A stretch of DNA of 64,000 nucleotides, from the IMG/VR virus record IMGVR_UViG_3300047499_000102, positions 34,011-98,010 of that record. One strand, given 5' to 3'. Made by a program: the position numbers and the translations under genes. Below the pieces are notes generated by a model. It was not told the origin of the DNA and ran no database searches. It saw only the letters and a list, made by a program, of their open reading frames with translations. Position 1 is the stretch's first letter, and each line of letters opens with the position of its first letter. Shown here piece by piece: positions 7,748-15,828 of this stretch. Source of the stretch: a virus.

Positions 7748-9649
7748 TCACTGGGTCATCGCCGTCCCAACGAGCCGCGCCACGCCCGCCGAATAGCAGA
7801 CGTGCGGCGTCTGGGTGGACGCCGTCGCCGTGATGGTGGTGCCCCAGTTTTGGCTGTTGGCGATGAGCGTGACGCCGTTGGACAAGCCGGTGACCGCCGT
7901 GAAGTCCAGGTCCCAGCACGCTCCGTCGGTCGCCGGGAAGGTGACCGTGGTGCCAGCTCCCGAAAGCGTCCCGGTGAACTTGATGTGGGGCGAGTTGTAG
8001 ACCGTGTTCGCCAGGACGTTAGAGGCGCCCGAGGTGAGGGCCTGGGAGGTGCTCATCCAAGAGAAAGCATTCGTGCCGCTCACCCCGCCTACAGGTACAC
8101 GGTGCTGTTCGTTGACGTTCGACAAGGCAACATACGTCGAACCACCAAGACTGAACCCAATGTTTTCGTTGGCTGGTCCATTGAGAGTGAGCGACGTGCT
8201 TGAGTACGCGATTGCGTAATTCGTGGAACTTGGAGTAACTCCGTTGAAATAGATAGCGCCCTGCGAAGTGGTCCCCACCTGCGCCCCCATCGCCACGAGA
8301 GTGCTGCCTGCACGCTGCACGTTGACGTACGCCTCCGTGCCACCGCTGTTCGGCGCGTTCACCTGGAGGTTGATCGAGCCTGAAGTGAAAGTAGCGTTAG
8401 AGGCCGCGCCTGCTCCGGCTGCAAGATTGAGTGAGCCACCAGTGACGTTTGTGGTCGCAGTAGCAAAAGCCGATTGAGCGGAGATAGTCGTGCTGTTCGT
8501 CGCCGTGTCCGTGGTCTGGGCCGCCTGATTGAGCGCGGGAGTCAGCGTCTTCGCCCACTGCACCGTCGCCTGCGAGTCGAGGAAGAACGTGTTGCCTGAG
8601 AAATGCGCCAGCGCGCTTCCCAACTGCGTGATGTACACGCTGCCGCCCGTGCCGGCGTTGACGTTCGTCTCCGAGGCGCCGTTCGACATGATCGCGTAGT
8701 TGCCAGTCCCCGGAGTGATCCCACCCGTGCCAGCTAGGTACAGGGCGCCGTAAGCGGTCACCGAGCCGACGAGAGGTTGGACGTTGCCGAACTGCGAGCC
8801 GCCCGACTGGAAGACGATGGACCCGTTCAGGCCCGCCGTAGCCGATCCGCTAGTGCCTCCAGCCCCAGAGCTGAGCACGAGGTTTCCACCCGTGCCGCCG
8901 TTGTTGCTCGCACCTGTTGCAGCCTGTCCCGCCTGCGCGCTGAGCGTCATGGTGACGCCGGCAGCACCAGATCCCGCGGATGTAGAAGACAGAGCTGACT
9001 GGGTGAACGTCGGATTCGCGATGCTAGAGATCCAGGCCCACGTGCTCGCCGTTAGATTAGCTTCCGCAACGTTAGCCACTGCAAATTGCAGAGTGCTGCC
9101 CGGCGCATTGATAATGGTTGTTGAGCCGTTGCAGGCGAGACTGTAGTTCGAGCTAGATGCAGAAAGGTTACTCAGCCAAATAGCTCCGTAGCTGCTTCCG
9201 TTTGACTCTTGCCCCATCTGCACATAGTTCGAGCCACCACTCTGAACTTGGACAGCACCTGGAGATCCAGTACTGTTCGGAGCTGGTGTGTTCAGGATGA
9301 TGTTGCCGGGAGTGTTGGTGCCGGCGTTGAGCGGGGCCTGAGACGCGATGGTGAGGTTGACGCCGTTGCCGGTCGTCGAGGTGGCCTGCGTCAGCGTCGG
9401 ACTCGTGGTCCCCGCGGTCCACTGGAGCGACGCGGGGGTGATCGTGATGGGGCTCGTCCCCGAGATGCTCACGACCGTCTGGGAGGTGCTCGTGGAGCCC
9501 GCGAGATCGCCCGCCCACGTGACGGAGCCGCCCGAACCGCTGCCGCCCACCGGGCCGTAACCGTTGCTCTGCGCGCTCACCGTGCTTGAGGCAAGCATGG
9601 CGAAGACGGTCAGGCAGAGCGCGAGCAGAAGTAGTTTGGACTTCGTCAT
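7748..9649 (-). CDS. Gly/Ser/Thr-rich beta-strand repeat (tail-fibre/adhesin-like) protein with N-terminal signal peptide
   Basis: MTKSKLLLLALCLTVFAMLASSTVSA|Q; GDLAGS...TV fibre-like motif; three internal repeats of about 140 aa. Confidence 0.7.
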   Translation of the reverse strand: MTKSKLLLLALCLTVFAMLASSTVSAQSNGYGPVGGSGSGGSVTWAGDLAGSTSTSQTVVSISGTSPITITPASLQWTAGTTSPTLTQATSTTGNGVNLTIASQAPLNAGTNTPGNIILNTPAPNSTGSPGAVQVQSGGSNYVQMGQESNGSSYGAIWLSNLSASSSNYSLACNGSTTIINAPGSTLQFAVANVAEANLTASTWAWISSIANPTFTQSALSSTSAGSGAAGVTMTLSAQAGQAATGASNNGGTGGNLVLSSGAGGTSGSATAGLNGSIVFQSGGSQFGNVQPLVGSVTAYGALYLAGTGGITPGTGNYAIMSNGASETNVNAGTGGSVYITQLGSALAHFSGNTFFLDSQATVQWAKTLTPALNQAAQTTDTATNSTTISAQSAFATATTNVTGGSLNLAAGAGAASNATFTSGSINLQVNAPNSGGTEAYVNVQRAGSTLVAMGAQVGTTSQGAIYFNGVTPSSTNYAIAYSSTSLTLNGPANENIGFSLGGSTYVALSNVNEQHRVPVGGVSGTNAFSWMSTSQALTSGASNVLANTVYNSPHIKFTGTLSGAGTTVTFPATDGACWDLDFTAVTGLSNGVTLIANSQNWGTTITATASTQTPHVCYSAGVARLVGTAMTQ

Positions 9650-9652
9650 GAC

Positions 9653-10210
9653 TCAGCTCCCCCCGTAGTAGAAGAGCGTGACCGTGTAGTTCGCGATGCC
9701 CGACGAGAAGACGATGGTGGACCCCGCGCCCAACTCGTTCGGGCTGCCCTGCAGCACGGGCCTGCCGAGCGTGAAGGACTGGTTGGCCTGCAGCGTGATG
9801 GGCGGGTTTATCTGCGCGTCGGTGATGCTCGGTCCCGCCGGGGTGATCGTGATCGTCCCCGTGCCGCCCGAGCCAGCCGACCCGGAAAGCATCGTCACGT
9901 AGCTGCCTGCCGGCACCGTGACGGTCGCTGGTGTCGACGTGCCAGCGGTCAGGTAGAAGGTGCCGTTGCCATTCTGGTATCCCGCGTCGTACACGCCGCC
10001 GATGCGAACCCATGGCGCGGGGGGCGGGGGAGGCGACGGAGGACGCGATGTCGGCGACGGGCTCAGCCCCGCCTCCTCGACGTACACGTAGACGGGCATC
10101 GGCTTGGCGCCGATGTACCAGGAGATGCCGCATGCGGAGAGCGAGAACAGGAAGAGCGCGAGCAGCGACACGGCGAGCCAGGTGCCTCGAGCGGCTTGGA
10201 AGCGATTCAT
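9653..10210 (-). CDS. Lipoprotein with beta-sandwich-like C-terminus
   Basis: MNRFQAARGTWLAVSLLALFLFSLSAC; SD AAGGA. Confidence 0.7.
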   Translation of the reverse strand: MNRFQAARGTWLAVSLLALFLFSLSACGISWYIGAKPMPVYVYVEEAGLSPSPTSRPPSPPPPPAPWVRIGGVYDAGYQNGNGTFYLTAGTSTPATVTVPAGSYVTMLSGSAGSGGTGTITITPAGPSITDAQINPPITLQANQSFTLGRPVLQGSPNELGAGSTIVFSSGIANYTVTLFYYGGS

Positions 10211-10242
10211 GGGGTGGCGTCCTTCGGTCATGATGGAGTTGG

Positions 10243-10791
10243 TCAGGCGATCTGGACCCATACGTTCGTCGCGACCTGCACGACGGTCGCCTTGGCGTGG
10301 GCGGCGGCCAGCACGAGTGTCGCGGCGCCGTTGATGGTGGCTCCGGTGGGCGTGATGGTGAGCGTGTTGGCGCCGGACATGCTTCCGTCGCCGTCGACGA
10401 AGGTGATGGGAATGCCGACGGGGAGCCCAGCTGGCAACGTCGCGATGCGCGCGGCGGTCAGCCCCGTCGTCGCGTATGTCGCCCTCGCGCCCGAAGCCGA
10501 GAAGTTCTGGTTGGCCACCTCCACCACGACGGGCGACTGGATGACGAAGTTGCCGCCGCCCGCCGCCGCGGTCGCAGCCACGACGGTGGCGCCTTCGGGA
10601 GTCAGGAGAGAGGACTGTTGGAGTTGCCACGTCTGCATCCCCGCCTGGACGTAGAAGAGGCTCCCATCGGGGTACGCGCTCGTGGGCGACAGCGCCTCAA
10701 GGGCGACAAGGCTCGCAACGCTGCCCGCCAGCGGCCCCGGTGGCCCCTGGACGTACTCGGTGACGACGGTCTCGATGACAGGGTTGGTCAT
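10243..10791 (-). CDS. Tail-fibre/baseplate-associated structural protein
   Basis: QGPPGP collagen-like start; TLPA...G..I...D..G......LTI...G.TING motif typical of fibre accessory domains. Confidence 0.6.
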   Translation of the reverse strand: MTNPVIETVVTEYVQGPPGPLAGSVASLVALEALSPTSAYPDGSLFYVQAGMQTWQLQQSSLLTPEGATVVAATAAAGGGNFVIQSPVVVEVANQNFSASGARATYATTGLTAARIATLPAGLPVGIPITFVDGDGSMSGANTLTITPTGATINGAATLVLAAAHAKATVVQVATNVWVQIA

Positions 10792-10798
10792 GGCTGCC

Positions 10799-11158
10799 TC
10801 AGCTGCCGCTCACGATGAAGGGTCCCGAAAGGAACTCTTGGATGGTGCCGTTGGCCCAGGTGATGAAGAGCTTCGCGAGGTACACTCCCGTCGCGAGCCC
10901 CGCTGTGGTTGCGTTGTCGATGGCGAGCGCGATCGTGCCGGCGCTGCCGCCAAGGACGATCGAGCCTTGCCCGTTGGGCGTCGTCGACACGCTGACCACC
11001 GGCGTTCCGGGGACGGTGGGCGACGTCACCTGAAAAGTCGCCGTGGCGCCCGTAAGATTGACGGGTGAGACCGCGCCGACTGCGCCCGTCTCCCACAGCC
11101 ACGTGCGTGCATAGTCGGCCCCCTGGTCTACGTAGAGGCGACGACGGATGACGGGCAT
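10799..11158 (-). CDS. Virion structural protein (BppU-N-like)
   Basis: L.VDQGADY...W......PVNLTGATA.FQV...G.I.L......TA.L..G.Y pattern. Confidence 0.6.
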   Translation of the reverse strand: MPVIRRRLYVDQGADYARTWLWETGAVGAVSPVNLTGATATFQVTSPTVPGTPVVSVSTTPNGQGSIVLGGSAGTIALAIDNATTAGLATGVYLAKLFITWANGTIQEFLSGPFIVSGS

Positions 11159-11224
11159 GCTCGCTCTTCCTTCCTATGGCTGCGCGGGCTCGCGCGGCAT
11201 CGATGACGTGACTGGAGCGAACGC

Positions 11225-11326
11225 CTACTGGAGCGCGCCGTAGCGCAGCGACCGGAACTCGCGCAGGTGGCCGAGCGCGTTGGTCGTGCCCTGGCACTGC
11301 CTGCGCATGGTGCGGTCCTCACTCAT
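11225..11326 (-). CDS. Very small hypothetical ORF
   Basis: ATGA overlap with stop of 11323-12303; 33 aa. Confidence 0.3.
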   Translation of the reverse strand: MSEDRTMRRQCQGTTNALGHLREFRSLRYGALQ

Positions 11327-12303
11327 GGCTTGTAGTCGACGCGCAGCCTTGCGAACGTCACGACGAGCGACGTGCCGGAGCCGGACCGTTGCGCCCCGAT
11401 GCCAGCCTTCAATGTCTTGCCGTTTGCGAGTTCCCAGTTGTTGGATGAGCTGCTGGAAGTCCAAACCTGCTGAATAGTAAGGCTGGCGAGAGTGGGCCAC
11501 CCGCTAGAGTAGCTGCCCCTGTAAGAGAAGAACTGAGGGTAGGACGACAGCTTCGACACTTCCAAAACCATCACGTTATTGGATGAGCTGATGGAAAATA
11601 AGTCACTGACGAAGCCAGAGTTGTTGCTGTTGTTGTACTCGAAAAAGGTAGCGACGCCGACTCCAGCAGTTCCGTACCCTCTCTTGTACCCGTAGCCGTA
11701 GCTCGTCGCGTTTTCGCCAGTGTCCAGGGACAATACAGCGTTGTCGTAGTTGGCAGAGAAGTTGCCAGCCGAGTTATAGGCCCAAACGCGCACGGAGATC
11801 GAAGGGTCGTAGAGCGGCAGAAGCGACGCTAGGTCGACGTAGAGACCTGGATACGTCTTGCCGGTGTTGTAGTCGCTGGTGGATGCCGGCGTGAACGTGA
11901 TACCGGAGCTGCTCAGCGTGGCGTGCGTGACTTCATTCGCAGAGTTGAACTTAGTAAACGTGTAAGCGCCGATGGTGTAGGTGCCGTCGGAGGTGAACGT
12001 CTGCGACCCCTGCGCCGTCAGGTCCAGGTCCATCAGGGTCGTCCACCCGCCGCTAACGCCACCCGAATCAGAACCAGAACTCGAAGGCGGGTATTGCCAA
12101 CTCCACGTCGAGCCATTGCTGCCGAGAAAGGACCCGTCGGGACCAGGGGACGGGATGAGGGGCGACGCGCCAACCTTCGCCGATGCGTCTGGTCCATCGG
12201 CGTGACCAGCAGGGGCGATGTCTCGCCCGAGGCCGACGAGAACGAGCAGCGCCGCCGACAGGAGGGCGACCGCGAGCGCGACGAGGATGCGAGTCTTGGT
12301 CAT
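11323..12303 (-). CDS. Signal-anchored protein with low-GC beta-rich (lectin/receptor-binding-like) C-terminal domain
   Basis: MTKTRILVALAVALLSAALLVLVGLG; PDGSFL.SNG...SW fibre-type motif; Ser/Tyr/Asn-rich C-terminus. Confidence 0.65.
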   Translation of the reverse strand: MTKTRILVALAVALLSAALLVLVGLGRDIAPAGHADGPDASAKVGASPLIPSPGPDGSFLGSNGSTWSWQYPPSSSGSDSGGVSGGWTTLMDLDLTAQGSQTFTSDGTYTIGAYTFTKFNSANEVTHATLSSSGITFTPASTSDYNTGKTYPGLYVDLASLLPLYDPSISVRVWAYNSAGNFSANYDNAVLSLDTGENATSYGYGYKRGYGTAGVGVATFFEYNNSNNSGFVSDLFSISSSNNVMVLEVSKLSSYPQFFSYRGSYSSGWPTLASLTIQQVWTSSSSSNNWELANGKTLKAGIGAQRSGSGTSLVVTFARLRVDYKP

Positions 12304-12312
12304 GGGTGTCTT

Positions 12313-13206
12313 TCAGCAGAGGTACAGGCCGGCGGCGACCGAGTAGGTGAACCGGAAGCGCCCGCGCGCGGTGGTGAGCGTCACCGGCGAGTTGGTGGCC
12401 CCCGTGCTGCCCACGTAGTTCGGGTCGACGACGGCGATGCCGTTGCCGCTCACGAGCAGCGGGTTGGACTGCCAGCCCGACTTCCCGAGCGGGTGGCCTC
12501 CCGAGGTCGCGAGCGGCACGTCCACGACTTCCCACCAGAGGCCGTTGCCGCCGTTGCTCGCCGCCGCCAGCGAGGCCGCGTTGGGCAGCGTCACGGTGAA
12601 TCCGCCCGCGCTCGTGTCGACCAGGAAGATCGTGCCGGCCTGGGCGACCGTGAACACCGTGGCGGCGTTCACGTACTGCATCGAGCCGCCACCACCCCCG
12701 GAGCTGCCCGCGTCGACGAGGCGAAACATGCGCATCACGCCGCCGGCCCAATTTCGAAGCACGTCCCACTGGTTCGCCTCGGTTGCGCCCAGGCCCTCCA
12801 TGGCGAGGTTCGGGCTACGAATGGACATCACGAGCGACGTGTCCGTGAGCGCCGGGTTGTACGCCGGGTTGGCTGCGCCGTTGGCCAGCAGACGCGCCGG
12901 GTTGTTGTTCACCGTCAGGCGGACGGGGATCTTGCCCCAGTTGTTGGCCCCGGCCGCTGGCGCGTTGAATGCCGGCGGCAGCGTCGTGGGGTTCGCTGGC
13001 TGGAAGTAGTAGTTCCCCATCGCGTCGGTCGACCAGCCAGCCGGGCAGGCCATGCCAGGTGGGTAGTCGACCATCTGCCAAAGCGCGGACGTCCACCCGC
13101 TGGTGTTCGCGGCCGAGAGTTGGACCGAGCTTCCGAAGGGGACCGTGACCGGTCCGGTCACGACGGCGCCGCCGGCAATGGAAACTTGGACGTTGGCGCT
13201 GGTCAC
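12313..13206 (-). CDS. Tail/baseplate-associated structural protein
   Basis: GTG start; VDTSAGGFTVTLP motif; lies in the fibre region. Confidence 0.6.
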   Translation of the reverse strand: MTSANVQVSIAGGAVVTGPVTVPFGSSVQLSAANTSGWTSALWQMVDYPPGMACPAGWSTDAMGNYYFQPANPTTLPPAFNAPAAGANNWGKIPVRLTVNNNPARLLANGAANPAYNPALTDTSLVMSIRSPNLAMEGLGATEANQWDVLRNWAGGVMRMFRLVDAGSSGGGGGSMQYVNAATVFTVAQAGTIFLVDTSAGGFTVTLPNAASLAAASNGGNGLWWEVVDVPLATSGGHPLGKSGWQSNPLLVSGNGIAVVDPNYVGSTGATNSPVTLTTARGRFRFTYSVAAGLYLC

Positions 13207-13251
13207 TTGATCACCTTGTCCCTCACGGCAGGAAGTCGTACCTTCAAAAGC

Positions 13252-13896
13252 ATGCGCAACGCATACACACTGTTCGTGATCGCTTTCATCGGCTGTGGCG
13301 GCGCGTCGTTCTCGGCCGCGCCCCCAGGTCCCCTCGCCATAGAGCAAGACGCCGGCGTCCAGATGCCTATCGAGGCTGGGGCGTCGGACGCGTGGCCCGT
13401 GTGGATTGAGGGTGGCGCCGAGCTCGGCGACGACGGCGGCTCCGACGCAGCGCCCGTCGAGGCGACCGCTCCCATCGCCTTCGCGAACCTCGTCGCCTGC
13501 CTGGTCGATCCGTCGACCATCGTCGTCGGCTGCAACGCCATGCCCCTGCAGCGGTGGGGCGTGCCACCCGTCGTCTACGGTGGCGACGCTGGCCCAGAGA
13601 ACCCGATGGACTGTCCCGATGGCGGGGACACGTGCTCGTCGGCGTGCACATCGGGCGGCGCCACCGTCGCCAACTGCGTGGCGGGAACACCCTGCGGCGC
13701 TGGCTTCATCAACAGCCCCACCGCCGTGTGCGTGTCCTGCGTGGCAGCGGCTGACGTCGTTCGCGATCCGCCTGCGTGCCCCGCGAGTTTGACCGCTGTG
13801 CTGTGCAACGCGCAGCCGACTCAGAGCGGCTGTACGAGTGCGGGAGGGCCCTTCTTCTGCTGCCCAAGCAACGGACCCGCGCCCGCGGTCGAATGA
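13252..13896 (+). CDS. Cys-rich lipoprotein on the opposite strand (moron)
   Basis: MRNAYTLFVIAFIGC lipobox; DAG-rich linker; fills the gap between two minus-strand genes almost exactly. Confidence 0.7.
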   Translation: MRNAYTLFVIAFIGCGGASFSAAPPGPLAIEQDAGVQMPIEAGASDAWPVWIEGGAELGDDGGSDAAPVEATAPIAFANLVACLVDPSTIVVGCNAMPLQRWGVPPVVYGGDAGPENPMDCPDGGDTCSSACTSGGATVANCVAGTPCGAGFINSPTAVCVSCVAAADVVRDPPACPASLTAVLCNAQPTQSGCTSAGGPFFCCPSNGPAPAVE

Positions 13897-13897
13897 C

Positions 13898-14956
13898 CTA
13901 CTCGAAGCCGAGCAGCAAGATCCCGCCGAAGTGGAACTCCACGGAGTGGAGGAGGATGTTCACGAACGGCGCCGTGGACCCGCTCACGTCGACCGCGCCC
14001 GAGACCAGGATCTGGTAGGCGGTCTGCGCGACGTCGACGGTGGGCAGGTTGTTCGGGTCGAAGTCGAGCTCCAACGACTGCGGCTGTCCATCGTTGTAGT
14101 ACGTCGATGCGTTCGAAGAGGGGAGCAGCTGTCCCGACAGCCCGACGCATGTCCACGTGATTTGGTTGGCGCCTGGGTTGTCGATGACCGTCGCGCCCAC
14201 GACGGTCGGCCATGTCGGCTGCGTCGTGCTGCTCGATGTGCCCGTGCCCGCGATGGCCGTCGCCTTGTAGTAGAAGCCGGTGGCGTTGACGGTCTGCGGC
14301 AGTATGTACGTGCCGACCGGGTACACCGTGGAGGGTAGCCAGCTCGTGGCCGCTGGTGCGAGGAGCGAGTAGCTATCGGTCGCCGAGTCCCAGCCGACAA
14401 TGGCGAAGGAGAGCGGGCTCGCCGAGGCGAAGGCCGGTGGTTTCGTGACCACCCGGTAGTGGAGGATTATCTTCACGAGTTGAGCGCTGGCGTGGAGGCT
14501 CCGACCCGGGATGGTCAAGGTCATGTACTGCCCGCCGTAGACCGACTGGGCGCCGACCGTGGAGGGCACCGTGGACACGGCGAGGTAGTCGTCGGGAAGC
14601 CACGAGTAATTGCCCGAGATCGTCGACCCGCCAAGGGGCACCTGCATGTCGGTCATCGACAGCACGATGACGTCGGTGCCAGCGGAAGTGAGCTTTGGAC
14701 TGTTGCCTGCGACCGCATCGACCAGCACGCGGCCGCCGGGCCCAGTGCTCACGTTGCCCGTGAAGAGCGTCCCCGTGGTGATGAATTGCATGCCCGCGCC
14801 GCCGATGATGACTGGCGAGCTCGGGGCGTAGGCGCCTCCCCCGTCGCCGCTCACGGTGCGGCTCATGCGGTCGTCGAGGGTGCGATAGTCCTGGGCACCC
14901 GGCACGAACTCGCCTACCCATCGCCCTGACGGCCTTACGAAATCGAAGTGGCTCAC
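13898..14956 (-). CDS. Tail-fibre-like protein, paralog 3
   Basis: GTGA overlap; GDGGGAYAPSSPVIIGGAG motif; contains Y..G..P...GFYYK...P.WP...G.TV.D...TWTC module. Confidence 0.7.
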   Translation of the reverse strand: MSHFDFVRPSGRWVGEFVPGAQDYRTLDDRMSRTVSGDGGGAYAPSSPVIIGGAGMQFITTGTLFTGNVSTGPGGRVLVDAVAGNSPKLTSAGTDVIVLSMTDMQVPLGGSTISGNYSWLPDDYLAVSTVPSTVGAQSVYGGQYMTLTIPGRSLHASAQLVKIILHYRVVTKPPAFASASPLSFAIVGWDSATDSYSLLAPAATSWLPSTVYPVGTYILPQTVNATGFYYKATAIAGTGTSSSTTQPTWPTVVGATVIDNPGANQITWTCVGLSGQLLPSSNASTYYNDGQPQSLELDFDPNNLPTVDVAQTAYQILVSGAVDVSGSTAPFVNILLHSVEFHFGGILLLGFE

Positions 14957-15825
14957 TGCGGCCTCATGTCGGCGATGCCCGTGAAGGAGGCCACGCACTC
15001 AAGCCAGATGTTGCCGGCCACCGCGTTGTTCCCCGCCTCGTCGATGATCTCGGCGAAATAGAAGAACTGCGAGGTGTCGATGATCACGTTTGGCACACAC
15101 GTGAGGGTGTAGGACTGCGGGTTGCCTCCGTTGTTCCATTGCGCGAGGTTCGGCGTCGGATGGAAGACCTCGAAGCCGTCGCCGACGGTGCCGGATCCCA
15201 AGGCGGTGATGTTGCCGTAGACGTCGATCTGGTGGACGCGGAAGAGGGGGAGGCTCGTCGGCACCCCAGTGTGCGTCGCCGTCGCGAACCAGAAGGTCAC
15301 CGTCGCAAGCGTGGCGCCGTTGTGCACCCGCAGCGGCACGAGTAGGCGCCCACCTAGGCGGTAGGCAAACGCCGAGTTGGTGTTGATGACGCCACCTGTC
15401 AGCACGGGGTTCGGGAGCATCACCGCATAGCCACCGACCGCGTCTCCGGCGGCGTCGACGATCTGGCAGCCCGAGGCGTCCTTGCCCAAGGACATGGGCG
15501 TGTTCAACGTCCGGGTGTTCATCGCCTGCCCGGTCGCCAACTCGATGAAGTCGCTGTCGCCGTGCGTCAGGCTGTTCACGTTCTCGAACGTGAGCAGGTT
15601 GCGCGCGAAGTGGACGCTGGTCTGGGTCGCGGGCGGCTCCAGATACCACGGCCCCGCGCACCACATGCCCGCGCCACCGATACCGAGCGGCGCGGCAGGC
15701 GCCCACGTGCCTCCAGCGTCGCCATCAATCGCGGCGACCTGTCCAGCGTCCAGCGCCGTGAAGTACGAAGCTGGGATGGGCACGCCGTTGACGTAGAAGC
15801 TGTCGGCGAAGATTCGTGCGGGCAT
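14953..15825 (-). CDS. Tail-fibre-like protein, paralog 2
   Basis: IDGDAGGTWAPAAPLGIGGAG motif shared with both neighbours. Confidence 0.7.
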   Translation of the reverse strand: MPARIFADSFYVNGVPIPASYFTALDAGQVAAIDGDAGGTWAPAAPLGIGGAGMWCAGPWYLEPPATQTSVHFARNLLTFENVNSLTHGDSDFIELATGQAMNTRTLNTPMSLGKDASGCQIVDAAGDAVGGYAVMLPNPVLTGGVINTNSAFAYRLGGRLLVPLRVHNGATLATVTFWFATATHTGVPTSLPLFRVHQIDVYGNITALGSGTVGDGFEVFHPTPNLAQWNNGGNPQSYTLTCVPNVIIDTSQFFYFAEIIDEAGNNAVAGNIWLECVASFTGIADMRPQ

Positions 15826-15828
15826 GGG

